Virus record (IMG/VR): IMGVR_UViG_3300045999_003247
Span: 1-62,477 of that record
Strand: one strand, 5' to 3'
Length of the DNA stretch: 62,477 bases
Source of the DNA: a virus
Taxonomy: Duplodnaviria > Caudoviricetes
The notes beneath the pieces were generated by a model. It did no database searches and had not been told where the DNA came from. It worked only from the letters and a program-made list of their open reading frames with translations. This document shows positions 38,201-46,854 of the stretch, in pieces; the first letter of the stretch is position 1, and the number at the start of each line of letters is the position of its first letter. Position numbers and translations under genes: made by a program.

Positions 38201-39635
38201 CACCCTGCCCTTGCACATTGGTGCCCGCTGTTACCGCGGCGTTGGTGCTGAACGTTTCGCCCGACAAAGCAGGCGTAGTCAGGCTAGGACTCGTGCCAAA
38301 CACCAGCGCCCCGGATCCCGTCTCGCCGGTGACTGCCGCTGCAAGGTTCGCACTAGAAGGCGTACCAAGGAACGTCAAGATTCCCGTGCCCGTCGTGGTG
38401 GTAGAAGGCGCTGCGCCCGCACCGCCCCCGATCACCAGCGCATTCGCAGTAAGAACGCCCGAACTGGCTAGCGTGCTGGCGGCATTAAAGTACGGAAGTC
38501 CGCCAGAGGTGCCACCGGTCAGCCCCGTGCCGCCACTAGTGACGGGCAACGTTCCGGTCACCTCACTAGCAAGGTTCACGTTACCGGCAGTAAAAGCAGA
38601 AGTACCGTTCCCTTTCAAAACCCCCGTCAGGGTTGTCGCGCCACTACCGCCTCGAGTTACAGGCAGCGTGTTAATAGTCCCACCGTCTATAGGAAGGCCG
38701 GTAGCGTTGGTTAGAGTCAGCGAACTTGGCGTGCCCAAGTTCGGAGTTGTCAGGGTAGGAGATGTTGCTAGAACGTTATTGCCCGTACCCGTGTTTGTCA
38801 CGCTAGCGATGTTCTTGCTTGCGTCCAAAGCCAATGCAGTGCTGGCGGTCAACCCCGAAAGGGTTGCCGTGCCACTAGCCGACAGTGTAGTGAATGCGCC
38901 TGTGGTGGGCGTTGTCGCTCCAACCGTGCCGTTAATATTGATGCTGGCTGTGCCGCTGGCGTTTGTTAGTACGATTGCACTTGGCGTGCCCAAATTAGGC
39001 GTGGTCAGGGTGGGCGAGGTTGCTAGTACGTTACTACCCGAACCCGTATTCGCCACGCTAACGACGTTCTTGCTAGCGTCTAACGCCAATGCCGTGCTGG
39101 CGGTCAAGCCAGAAAGTGTCGCCGTGCTACTAGCCGTCAACGTCGTGAAAGCCCCCGTAGACGCACTGCTCGCGCCAATGGGCGTGCCGTCAATCGTCCC
39201 GCCATTGATGTCCACAAAGTCGGACATCTGAATGACGTTCGTGCCGTCAACGTACAAGTGCGCCTTACGACCGTTCGGAACCGTGATCCCCGTTCCAGCC
39301 GACGTCTTGACCGTAATACTCTGCGCGCCCGTGGTGTTGTTCTGGACGATGTACTGCTTCTGAATCGTCGGAACCACAAGCTCACGCGTCGCCGTCAAAC
39401 TCACCGCAGACGTTACGTTCAGCACTAACGCCCGTGCTGTCTGCGCCGCGTTCGTGTCTGTATACGTCAGAGTCAGGTTGGCGTCCGAGGCATAGCTCGG
39501 GTTTCCATAGCCAACAATCGCCTGCTCAAGCGTCGTGCCGAGGTTCGTATTAGTGATCGTGCCCCACGTACCGGGGTTCTCGCCGGTCCCCTGAAGCTCT
39601 ATTTTCAGGTTGGTCGAATACGTCGTGCTAGCCAT
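35295..39635 (-). CDS. Long tail fibre (1446 aa) with internal duplications
   Basis: GENPGTWG.ITN N-terminus; repeated LxVxxGGTG and TSPxLTTP motifs. Confidence 0.8.
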   Translation of the reverse strand: MASTTYSTNLKIELQGTGENPGTWGTITNTNLGTTLEQAIVGYGNPSYASDANLTLTYTDTNAAQTARALVLNVTSAVSLTATRELVVPTIQKQYIVQNNTTGAQSITVKTSAGTGITVPNGRKAHLYVDGTNVIQMSDFVDINGGTIDGTPIGASSASTGAFTTLTASSTATLSGLTASTALALDASKNVVSVANTGSGSNVLATSPTLTTPNLGTPSAIVLTNASGTASININGTVGATTPTTGAFTTLSASGTATLSGLTASTALALDASKNIASVTNTGTGNNVLATSPTLTTPNLGTPSSLTLTNATGLPIDGGTINTLPVTRGGSGATTLTGVLKGNGTSAFTAGNVNLASEVTGTLPVTSGGTGLTGGTSGGLPYFNAASTLASSGVLTANALVIGGGAGAAPSTTTTGTGILTFLGTPSSANLAAAVTGETGSGALVFGTSPSLTTPALSGETFSTNAAVTAGTNVQGQGALTSDYNIVTTAANNPSGVTLPTATTGRRIIIVNKGANPINVFPATGGAIDALGANTPISIVVGGYMELNASSTTQWYSTANIIVSSTGAVTSFSAGATGLTPSSATAGAITLGGTLSVANGGTGITSFGTGVATALGVNTDSSGSFVVNGGALGTPSSGTVTNLTGTASININGTVGATTPNTGAFTSVVSTSASGVLSRAAATQDGVALVGRAGGTSSHTVSLTPATLSASRTVTLPDSNTTLPIATQQLTFSGPTASRTYTLPDASTTLLSTNAAVTVPQGGTGLTGGTSGGLPYFNAANTMASSGVLAANALVIGGGAGAAPSTTTTGTGILTFLGTPSSSNLAAAVTDETGSGALVFGTSPSLTTPALSGETFSTNAAVTAGTNAQGQGALTSDYNVITTAASNPSGVTLPTATTGRRIIIVNKGANPINVFPATGGAIDALGANIPISVVVGGYMEFNASSTTQWYSTANIIVSSSGSVSSFSGGLTGLTPSSATTGAITLGGTLAVANGGTGITSFGTGVATALGVNTGSSGSFVVNGGALGTPSSGTVTNLTGTASININGTVGATTANSGAFTSLSASGTTTLSGLTASTALALDASKNVVSVTNTGSGNNVLATSPVLTTPNLGTPSALTLTNATGLPIVGGTTGTLSVSRGGTGQDSYTDGQLLIGNTTGNTLTKSTLTAGSGISITNGNGAITIATTGGNGTVTSVGQTFTGGLISVSGSPVTSTGTLALTVAGTSGGIPYFSSASSWASSAALAANSLVIGGGAGAAPATTTTGSGVLTALGNSVNTTGGVVTQSGALASNALLLGGGSGTAISSATTGTGVVTALGNSVNAANGVATTNGTATLTNKRIDPRVVSASSAASLTPDVSAADIYAYTALAEGLTINAPTGTPVDGSKLVFRILDNGTSRALTWNGTYVQIGVTLPTATTANKTTYVGCIYNAYNARWDVLAVSTQA

Positions 39636-39647
39636 CTCTAGTTCCTT

Positions 39648-41339
39648 TTAAGTAAGCACCTGCGTCCAAGATGCCGAGTGACTATCGTCAACTATAACCC
39701 AATTAGGCGTCTGGCCGTCATCTACCGGTCCCCAGACAAGCGGGGAGCCCACGTAGCCCGTCGCAACTACGCCTGTGACATTGACATCAGGATTGCTCGT
39801 GACGGAAACCGTGACCGCGCCAATCGAAGAGATACCCGCTATGCCGGTAACAAGCGCGTTTATTGAAATCGCGACCGAAACCGTTCCAACGTTCCCGGTT
39901 CCAGATACGCCTGTGACGTTGACGCTAACGCCTGCAGATGCAATAAGTTCTGCAGGGGAACCGGTCAGCGAATAAATGCCCGGAGTCGTGTCAACTAGAC
40001 GGTTGTATAGCGTCGTCGCGGAGGATCCGGTCAGCGTGTAGCTGCCGGCGGTCGTGTCAATCAGTCGGCCATAAAGGGCGGTCGCGGACGATCCGGTTAA
40101 GCTGTAGCTGCCGGCCGTCGTATCAACTAGACGGTTGTAAAGTGTCGTCGCGGACGAGCCCGTCAGCGTGTAACTGCCCGGGGTCGTATCCAGTTCAAGA
40201 GCCGCGACGTACTCAAGAGTCGCGGACGAGCCGGTTAACGTGTAGCTGCCCGGAGTCGTGTCCAGCGTAAGCGCTGCAACCACATCAAGGGTCGCGGATA
40301 CCCCAGTGAGCGTGTAACTACCGGCCGTCGTATCAACTAGACGGTCGTACAACGTCGTCGCAGACGAGCCGGTTAAGCTGTAACTGCCGGCAGTCGTATC
40401 AACTAGACGGTCGTACAACGTCGTCGCGGACGAACCGGTTAAGCTGTAACTGCCGGCAGTCGTATCAACTAGACGGTCGTACAACGTCGTCGCGGACGAA
40501 CCGGTTAAGCTGTAACTGCCGGCGGTCGTATCAACTAAACGGTCGTACAACGTCGTCGCGGACGAGCCCGTCAGCGCATAAGAACCGGGCGTGGTGTCGA
40601 GGGAGTAGGCGTTAGCTGCGGCGGATTGAAGCGGGAAAATGAACCGCTGCGGCTGATAGAGTTGCCACGGGTTTTGAGTGAGCGCGACAAGTTCTGAGTC
40701 GCTTAAACGCCTGTTCCAGACCCAGTAAGCGGCAAGATCGCCAAGACCGTCAGTCAGCGCGAACTGACCGCCGACATTGTTGATGGTAACGCCGCTCAGC
40801 GTTCTTGCATGGGCTGCTGTGCGCTTTTGCTCGCCATTCCAAAAAACGGCGGCTTCTGCGCCAGTTCCTGATGACGAGCGGAAAGCAATGTAAACCTGCT
40901 CTCCTTGCGGCACCTGCGGACCAACCGTTGCAGGAATAACGTCAGTTCCGCCAATTCGGATCTGAGCAAACCCGTTCGAGGTGGCTACGTTGAACAGCGT
41001 GCCGCCGTTCGATAAAGGACCTGTTCTCCAGATCCCTCCCCATGTCGTCGTGCGTGTTTTCGGAACGGCCGCCAGAATGGTCAGGCTCCCGTTCGTCGGA
41101 ACCGTCCACTCATCACCGGTAGCGTAAGAGAATGCCCAAGTAGTCCCGACGCGGGAGATCAGATTCCCGCCAGTCCCCGGCTCGATAAGCGCCGTGGTGA
41201 GCGGCGCATTAGTGACGAGATCGCGCTTAGAAGTAGCAGCGCCAGCCCTGACGAGCTGGGCCGTCGCGGGGTGAGCCCAGTTGATCCTCGGTGGATACTT
41301 CGGCTGCGAAGTCCACTGGGCTTTAGGGAGAATGATCAT
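39648..41339 (-). CDS. Virion protein: LamG/ConA-like domain plus ten 22-24-aa repeats
   Basis: WNRRLSDSE...PWQ domain end; DTTxGSYxLTG repeats. Confidence 0.65.
   Translation of the reverse strand: MIILPKAQWTSQPKYPPRINWAHPATAQLVRAGAATSKRDLVTNAPLTTALIEPGTGGNLISRVGTTWAFSYATGDEWTVPTNGSLTILAAVPKTRTTTWGGIWRTGPLSNGGTLFNVATSNGFAQIRIGGTDVIPATVGPQVPQGEQVYIAFRSSSGTGAEAAVFWNGEQKRTAAHARTLSGVTINNVGGQFALTDGLGDLAAYWVWNRRLSDSELVALTQNPWQLYQPQRFIFPLQSAAANAYSLDTTPGSYALTGSSATTLYDRLVDTTAGSYSLTGSSATTLYDRLVDTTAGSYSLTGSSATTLYDRLVDTTAGSYSLTGSSATTLYDRLVDTTAGSYTLTGVSATLDVVAALTLDTTPGSYTLTGSSATLEYVAALELDTTPGSYTLTGSSATTLYNRLVDTTAGSYSLTGSSATALYGRLIDTTAGSYTLTGSSATTLYNRLVDTTPGIYSLTGSPAELIASAGVSVNVTGVSGTGNVGTVSVAISINALVTGIAGISSIGAVTVSVTSNPDVNVTGVVATGYVGSPLVWGPVDDGQTPNWVIVDDSHSASWTQVLT
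39950..40605 (-). repeat. Coding tandem repeat, 66-72-bp unit x10
   Basis: DTT(A/P)GSY(S/T)LTGSSATTLY(D/N)RLV. Confidence 0.9.
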
Positions 41340-41848
41340 GCGATGTCGTACTTGATACCAACGTACTCAAATGAGTCATCATTGACAGCGTTGTTGTAGA
41401 GAGCGGCTCCCGTATTCTGAGTGACGTATAGCCCCCAAAACTTCGGAAGAACTCCCCCAAACAAAGATGCTACCGAGAACGGGAGCACGATATAGGCTTG
41501 GTTGTTTGTCGTCGCAGGGACAGCAACCGTAGCGCCCAGTCTGAGCCCATTCAAAATGCCTGTGTTGGTTAGGTTTGCCACGCTATCAACGCCATCTAGA
41601 TCGTCAAGATTGGTTGTCGCCAGCGATGTATCTGCGCCGTAGACGTAGATGGCAATGGTCGTATTTGCAGTCATGCCCGTAGAGCCGACCGAGACCTTCC
41701 CGGACACCAGCGCATCAATGTATTTGTTGGTCGTGTTATCCACCTGATTAGATTGCCGACCAGCAATGAATGTGGACGACGACGCAAGGTTTTGCAGATC
41801 CATCGTGATGGCGGTATTCGCGCTATAATTGATTGTGCTGGTCGCCAT
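41336..41848 (-). CDS. Hypothetical virion protein (170 aa)
   Basis: Coupled ORF, beta-rich. Confidence 0.65.
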   Translation of the reverse strand: MATSTINYSANTAITMDLQNLASSSTFIAGRQSNQVDNTTNKYIDALVSGKVSVGSTGMTANTTIAIYVYGADTSLATTNLDDLDGVDSVANLTNTGILNGLRLGATVAVPATTNNQAYIVLPFSVASLFGGVLPKFWGLYVTQNTGAALYNNAVNDDSFEYVGIKYDIA

Positions 41849-42331
41849 TTACGGGTTCCTCGACTGATAGACGTCTTGCCAAACGACAGTTTGACCAACC
41901 AGCTCGACGCTTTGAGGGATCAGCGCACAGGCAATGCCATTCGGCTGCTGGTATACCCGGTCGTACTCAGCCTGAGTAATGACGCTAGCAGCAAGCCAGC
42001 CGTCGAACAGCCCTTTGATCTCGGCTTCTTCAGTGTGCAGCAGCGAGCTGGTTCCGCCCATGATCAGATCAAGAAAGACCTGACACGAAGCGCGGATGGC
42101 TTCCGGCTGCTGCTGATCGACGCTCGCATTCCCGATACGAACACGCGGACCTTCTGCTGCCCAAAGCATAGCCGAGCCGGTCGTGATCGCCTGATATCCG
42201 GGGTTGCTCGGAGTATTCAGGATATCGGCAATCTCATACGCGCCGTCCGGCGTATTCGGAATGCTATTGAGCGCAGGCGTCGCGGCGATGTATGCGCCGA
42301 GGGTTGCGTACTGCTGTGGTGTTAATGACAT
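41849..42331 (-). CDS. Hypothetical protein (160 aa)
   Basis: Abutting ORF in the late operon. Confidence 0.65.
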   Translation of the reverse strand: MSLTPQQYATLGAYIAATPALNSIPNTPDGAYEIADILNTPSNPGYQAITTGSAMLWAAEGPRVRIGNASVDQQQPEAIRASCQVFLDLIMGGTSSLLHTEEAEIKGLFDGWLAASVITQAEYDRVYQQPNGIACALIPQSVELVGQTVVWQDVYQSRNP

Positions 42332-42334
42332 GGT

Positions 42335-42778
42335 TTACGCCAGTGTGAAGATAGTGCCGGGGCTGGTGTTATTAAACTTCAACGTGAACGTTTCCCCGGC
42401 GGCCAGCGTAACGCCACTACCCCCGTAATCAAACCACGCGATCAAGGCGTCCTCTGGGCTGGTAGAGCTGTCGTTGTACAGGACGGCATACCTAAACGTG
42501 GCCATGCCCCCGCCAGAACCGGTCCACTGCACCTCCGTGCCAGAAACGGTCGTAGTACCCGAGGTTTCACTTACCGTAATAGTGGTTGTCACGCCCCCGG
42601 TGGTATACCCGCCGCCAGAGGCGATCTGAGTAATGTCGGCCAGAACGGTATCCGTCGCAACTGGAGCGTCGGTATCTGGCACGAGCACGACCTTGAACGT
42701 GTTAGCGTCAAAGTCATGCACGCCACGAATAAGCTGGTCACTGAAATCCTGAAACTTGTTATAGGCTGAAGTCGGCAT
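42335..42778 (-). CDS. Tail-associated structural protein, paralogue of 42794-43231
   Basis: H.F...NTFK..L, Y..GG, A.(L/I)YNDS, D(Y/F)GG shared with the neighbouring gene. Confidence 0.65.
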   Translation of the reverse strand: MPTSAYNKFQDFSDQLIRGVHDFDANTFKVVLVPDTDAPVATDTVLADITQIASGGGYTTGGVTTTITVSETSGTTTVSGTEVQWTGSGGGMATFRYAVLYNDSSTSPEDALIAWFDYGGSGVTLAAGETFTLKFNNTSPGTIFTLA

Positions 42779-42793
42779 TTAAGAGTCTCCTAA

Positions 42794-43231
42794 CTATGCG
42801 ATACGGATGATGGCGTTACTGGCATCTGCGGTCGGAAAAATGACGGTAAAAGTGCCGTTGTTAGAGGTCTTTGCGCCTCCAAAATCAAGCACGCACACCG
42901 TCGGATCGCCCGCAGCACTGTCGTTGTAAATCAACGCACCGTAAGCGGTGATCGTTGAGCTAGTGAACGAAATATCCGCAAAATCGGTCAAGGCGGTCGT
43001 TCCGCTAGTCGTCGGAGTGACGTTGGTCAACGCTCCACCGCCCGCAACGTAGCTGCCCGACGCAGAAACCTCTCCAGAACTGGTGTACGCCGTCGTCGCC
43101 GCCGTAAAGGACGGGGTGTTGTCGTACAACGCCAGTTTGAACGTGTTTCCGGTGCTCAAGGTAAAATTGTGCACCGCCTGCAACAGCTCCCTTTTGAAAC
43201 TGGTGCACATGAAATTACCAGAAAACGCCAT
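42794..43231 (-). CDS. Tail-associated structural protein
   Basis: CTSFKRELL..HNF, TFKLALY, GALIYN, VLDFGG..TS.NGTF. Confidence 0.7.
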   Translation of the reverse strand: MAFSGNFMCTSFKRELLQAVHNFTLSTGNTFKLALYDNTPSFTAATTAYTSSGEVSASGSYVAGGGALTNVTPTTSGTTALTDFADISFTSSTITAYGALIYNDSAAGDPTVCVLDFGGAKTSNNGTFTVIFPTADASNAIIRIA

Positions 43232-43233
43232 CT

Positions 43234-43521
43234 TTATTTCCCCAACAAAGGTACGAGTTCAGGATGCCCCGCTTCTGAAAGACGAAGCGCAGTGGTCTGG
43301 CGGTCCTGATCTACCGCCTCCCTGAGATAGTGCTCTACAACCTGACGGATTTGGTCTTTAAATGCCCTAGCTTGCGCCTGAACTACAGGATCTGACCGAT
43401 CACCCACGTAAACGATCTTATCTGCAGCACGCTGCGCCAACTCGCCTACCGTCCAACCGCGGTTGACAGTAGTGGCAACGACAACGCCGTTAGTTACAGC
43501 AGGCATCTCTATGGTAATCAT
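43234..43521 (-). CDS. Conserved hypothetical protein
   Basis: TT.NRG...E.A, QARAFK and AGH motifs. Confidence 0.65.
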   Translation of the reverse strand: MITIEMPAVTNGVVVATTVNRGWTVGELAQRAADKIVYVGDRSDPVVQAQARAFKDQIRQVVEHYLREAVDQDRQTTALRLSEAGHPELVPLLGK

Positions 43522-44168
43522 GGCGACTCCGATTTGAGCGGAAGTCTAAGCATACCATCACGATACTCATCCCGACGACGCCGGCCCTGCTGCTCAACCG
43601 TCAGACCCTGCAACGCTTCCTTGTATGCATTGCGGAAGTAGCCCAACATGTTCTCCGGGCCTTTCATGTAGCTGTATGCCTGCACCAGACAGGCATACAG
43701 CAACGCTTCTGGAGCGTTGTTGCTGATCCAAGTCGTCGGCGTGGTGGAGGATAACTGGGTGGGCCGGTAGATGTAGCCCAGCTCCACTACAAAGTTCGCG
43801 TTAGGCGTGGGCGCTATGTAAAACGTGTTCTGGTCCCAAACCGAGTAATACTTCGGAACCCCTGTCGTGGCGCCGTTCGGCCAGTATTCCTTCATGAAGG
43901 ACGTGTCCCTGAAGTCAAGGAATACTTGATCACTGCCCGACGTGACCATCATGTATCGGTGCGTCAAGATGTCGGTCGGGGCCGTCAGGAACTTGTTCCC
44001 GTTGGTCATGTTCCCCGTCACTTCCAGCTTGAACACGTCCAGATCAATCTCTCGGAGAATCTGATTCTCCGCCATCGTGATGAACGTGTTGATCACCGCG
44101 TTGGTGAACACGTTGCTGTTCACCTCGGTGTAGTTCCGGATATTCGTAACCAGTTCGTCGTAGGTCAT
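43518..44168 (-). CDS. Head-tail adaptor (tail tubular protein A-like)
   Basis: MTYDEL...I, FI..AE, G.PKYY, APTP, P.ALLYA.L. Confidence 0.7.
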   Translation of the reverse strand: MTYDELVTNIRNYTEVNSNVFTNAVINTFITMAENQILREIDLDVFKLEVTGNMTNGNKFLTAPTDILTHRYMMVTSGSDQVFLDFRDTSFMKEYWPNGATTGVPKYYSVWDQNTFYIAPTPNANFVVELGYIYRPTQLSSTTPTTWISNNAPEALLYACLVQAYSYMKGPENMLGYFRNAYKEALQGLTVEQQGRRRRDEYRDGMLRLPLKSESP

Positions 44169-44515
44169 GATATGTCCACTGTCACTGAGCCAACGACGCC
44201 ACTAGCTATTAAAGGCTGGCCGACAATGTAGGGGCGCATGTCGTTCGTGCCCCTCGCTGTGCCGTAACTTTGAAAGGCAGTAAAGCCCGGCGCTCCAACA
44301 AAGACAGAGACGGGCTCAATTCGATCGGGTCGTGGATCTCGGAGGGCTATCGCATCGCCGCGATAACGTAAAGGCTCCAACTGCGGCTCTTTGGGCTCGT
44401 AGTCCTCCGGGCAGACCATGAATCCCTTCCAGTTCTTGCGAAGAACGTTGTACGAATACCGTTGTCCGCAGTAATCGCACAGACCAAGCGCATATTTGCC
44501 CGATGCAAAGGCCAT
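44165..44515 (-). CDS. Conserved Cys-motif virion-module protein
   Basis: CDYCG...VCPED.EPK.PQL. Confidence 0.65.
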   Translation of the reverse strand: MAFASGKYALGLCDYCGQRYSYNVLRKNWKGFMVCPEDYEPKEPQLEPLRYRGDAIALRDPRPDRIEPVSVFVGAPGFTAFQSYGTARGTNDMRPYIVGQPLIASGVVGSVTVDIS

Positions 44516-44516
44516 C

Positions 44517-45182
44517 TCAGCCCCCTAAGTCTGGCACGAACTGGACACTTGCAGTATCCCGGTCCTCCAATGCTGCCCTGTTGAAGTCTTCTTCGTAGAT
44601 GGCTTTAAGCGCCGTAAGCCGATCAGGCGCAAACTTGAGCGCAAGCTGATAGGCAAGCCCGGACGCTATGCAAGGCAAAAACCGGAAGTTGATGTCCGTC
44701 GTGTTCGTGTACCCGCCCGCATCTTGGATCCGTCGTATCCTGTAGTAAACAAACGTATACGTTTGATCTGCCGCAGGATAGAAGAAAACTTTCGGCGTGT
44801 TCGCGCGCTGGACGTAAAACTGCGCTGGGCGAGATTGCGTGGACTTATCCGGGACGTTCAGCCAGTCCTCTCTACTGATTCTCTCAATGTAGATGTCGCT
44901 GTTCGTTCCCTGAACATTCTGGCGAATGACCGCTTCAAGGACGTTGACCGTGTCGCTCGGCAGCGTGATCTCGTTCGTCCCCTGCGTCAGGGTGTACGTA
45001 CCCTGCTCAATCGTCCACAGATTGAGTCCACGGTTGGCCCAGTCCAGAAAAAGCAGGTTGAGCGAGCGGCGTGCCGAGTTGAGCTGATACCCACTCGTGT
45101 TGCGCATGCCGCAACGCTCAAACGCTTCTTCAACCAAGTCATCAATCGACAGGTTGAAGTCTGTTGTGCCCGAAGTGGCCAT
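44517..45182 (-). CDS. Head-tail adaptor / head closure protein
   Basis: VEEAFERCG, ARRSLN...WANRG.NLW, GLAY.L, YEE.F.RA..ED. Confidence 0.7.
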   Translation of the reverse strand: MATSGTTDFNLSIDDLVEEAFERCGMRNTSGYQLNSARRSLNLLFLDWANRGLNLWTIEQGTYTLTQGTNEITLPSDTVNVLEAVIRQNVQGTNSDIYIERISREDWLNVPDKSTQSRPAQFYVQRANTPKVFFYPAADQTYTFVYYRIRRIQDAGGYTNTTDINFRFLPCIASGLAYQLALKFAPDRLTALKAIYEEDFNRAALEDRDTASVQFVPDLGG

Positions 45183-45422
45183 TTAGTCGCAAGACCCGCC
45201 CATACGCATCTTGCGTACCTTGCCGCCCTTCTTGTAACCACGCACCATGCCGCCGCCCATCATGCCCATGGCCATGCGCTTGTGCTGATTAACCGCGCCG
45301 CCCTTTTTCATCATGATCGGGCCAGTCGTCTTGCTGGTCTCGGAAACAGTCTTGTTCTTCGAGCCGCCGCCTACCGCACCGCCACCACGGGTGGCACACC
45401 CCATACCACGTCCCATAGCCAT
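45183..45422 (-). CDS. Small basic Gly/Met/Lys-rich protein with four GG motifs
   Basis: GRGMGCATRGG; MKKGGAV, MMGGGMV, YKKGGKV, MRMGG. Confidence 0.7.
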   Translation of the reverse strand: MAMGRGMGCATRGGGAVGGGSKNKTVSETSKTTGPIMMKKGGAVNQHKRMAMGMMGGGMVRGYKKGGKVRKMRMGGSCD

Positions 45423-45425
45423 CTC

Positions 45426-45665
45426 CTATTTGCGAAGCTCGTCGAGCTTCTCTTCAAGTCTATTGAATCGCTGGTCTACGTGTGCGACAAACTTCTCAAT
45501 CCTATCATCGACCTCTTTACGGGTAATGTGGTCTCGGGCAACCTCCTCACGTGTCTTATTGAGAAGAATGCCTAATCGAGAGAGTTCCTCGAACCGAGCT
45601 TTAAGCATGAAACCCATCCCCGCAACCACTGCAGTGAGGAGGATGTTCCAGACCGTCATCTCCAT
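45426..45665 (-). CDS. Small membrane-anchored coiled-coil protein
   Basis: N-terminal TM segment; LLNKTREEVA...RLEEKLD. Confidence 0.65.
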   Translation of the reverse strand: MEMTVWNILLTAVVAGMGFMLKARFEELSRLGILLNKTREEVARDHITRKEVDDRIEKFVAHVDQRFNRLEEKLDELRK

Positions 45666-45953
45666 CTAGCACTTCCATCTTCGTCGCGCCTGACGAAGAC
45701 GGCTATCCGGGTCTTTCGCAGCCTCCGGATGCATCTTCATCTGCCCTGCAGAGCGTGCGCAAAATGACTTGCGACGCTTTGCACGGCCCGGGCTTGGGTT
45801 ATCTTCAGTAACTGCCGTCTGGAGCTTGCTCCCGGGATTGGCACGACGATAAGCGGCAACGCCCTTTTTCGTCATGCCGGCTCCCGCCTTGGTGGGCCTA
45901 AAGTTCCCACTTTTGACGGAAGTCCTAATCCCCATGCCCTTTTTAGTGGCCAT
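45666..45953 (-). CDS. DUF6321-like basic protein
   Basis: RRKSFCARS.G...DP.SRL..ARRRWKC. Confidence 0.75.
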   Translation of the reverse strand: MATKKGMGIRTSVKSGNFRPTKAGAGMTKKGVAAYRRANPGSKLQTAVTEDNPSPGRAKRRKSFCARSAGQMKMHPEAAKDPDSRLRQARRRWKC

Positions 45954-46255
45954 TATGCTAGTGCACCGCCTTGGAACAGCAGGGTTACACTGGCCACGTC
46001 TACTGCACTGACATCAATGAACACGCCTGAATCAAACAGGATGCCCATGTCCGGAAGAATCAAGTCATACGCCCCTGCAGCGGCAGGGGTGTTGACTGTG
46101 ATAAGTGCAGTAGCGCCTACCGTGGAACCATTCCGCAGCGAAAACGATGCCGCCGTGCTCGAACAAGTGTAGTAGATTCCCACTACCCGAGTTCGCCCGG
46201 CAATCGCATGAGCATCGGCAGTCTTAGTGACTGCCTGAATGTTGCTGACGCTCAT
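45953..46255 (-). CDS. Small virion structural protein
   Basis: P..GILF..G.F pattern; TAATG coupling. Confidence 0.6.
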   Translation of the reverse strand: MSVSNIQAVTKTADAHAIAGRTRVVGIYYTCSSTAASFSLRNGSTVGATALITVNTPAAAGAYDLILPDMGILFDSGVFIDVSAVDVASVTLLFQGGALA

Positions 46256-46267
46256 GAGAGCCTCCGA

Positions 46268-46705
46268 TTAAGCGGTTCGAGTAAAGGCGTAGGCAGTTGC
46301 ACTTGAAAACATCAGGGTGAATCGGGCAAGGCCCGTCGCACCCGAAGCGACGGTCAGGTCGCCAAAGGACCCTGCCGTATCTGCGCCTGCGGTAGAAATA
46401 ACGCCGTTAGTCGCAACAGCAATCGTGACGGTGTTCGCGCCGCCGGTGTTGTCGATGTACAGGTCAAACACGGTGCCTTTTACCGCACCAAGTGCTGCGC
46501 CAAGGAGCGTGCCGGTAGGCAGGGTGATGGTGGTGGCGGCGGCAGAAGTCGAGGTAATCCAGCCAGTGGCCACTTCCGCTGCGGTCGCGGTTGCCGTAGC
46601 GTTAATCGCTGCCGTGGTGGCGTGCGTGATACTTCCAGAGCCCGCGATATTGCCAATAAACCCATTGGTAGAAGCAACCGGGCCGCTAAATGTCGTACGA
46701 GCCAT
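46268..46705 (-). CDS. Capsid decoration / head fibre-like protein
   Basis: TTFSGPV.S.NGF N-terminus; first gene after the MCP. Confidence 0.6.
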   Translation of the reverse strand: MARTTFSGPVASTNGFIGNIAGSGSITHATTAAINATATATAAEVATGWITSTSAAATTITLPTGTLLGAALGAVKGTVFDLYIDNTGGANTVTIAVATNGVISTAGADTAGSFGDLTVASGATGLARFTLMFSSATAYAFTRTA

Positions 46706-46817
46706 CTAAAATCCCTCACATGCGAGTTCGTGTACGCCTGTCTGCATGTCGTCAGCCGGGGCTGTCAGACGTACGATGTTTCCCGGAATTTCAACTATAC
46801 AACAGCACTTCAGATAC

Positions 46818-46844
46818 AGAAAGGGGGCCAAGAGGCCCCCTTCT
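46818..46844 (-). terminator. Terminator-like hairpin after the MCP gene
   Basis: AAGGGGGCC-TCTT-GGCCCCCTT followed by TCTGT on the - strand. Confidence 0.7.
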
Positions 46845-46854
46845 GCATTCCGGG

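Noticed and set aside
35344-39231. Long + strand Val/Pro-rich ORFs opposite the fibre gene (and similar antisense ORFs genome-wide)
   Set aside because: Shadow ORFs from high-GC, biased codon usage; no SD or protein motifs
35295-39635. Fibre duplication as a DGR template/variable pair or shufflon
   Set aside because: No reverse transcriptase or invertase seen; differences are mostly synonymous rather than adenine-specific
39950-40605. 66-bp periodic repeats as a CRISPR array
   Set aside because: Whole units repeat in frame within a CDS; no unique spacers and no cas genes
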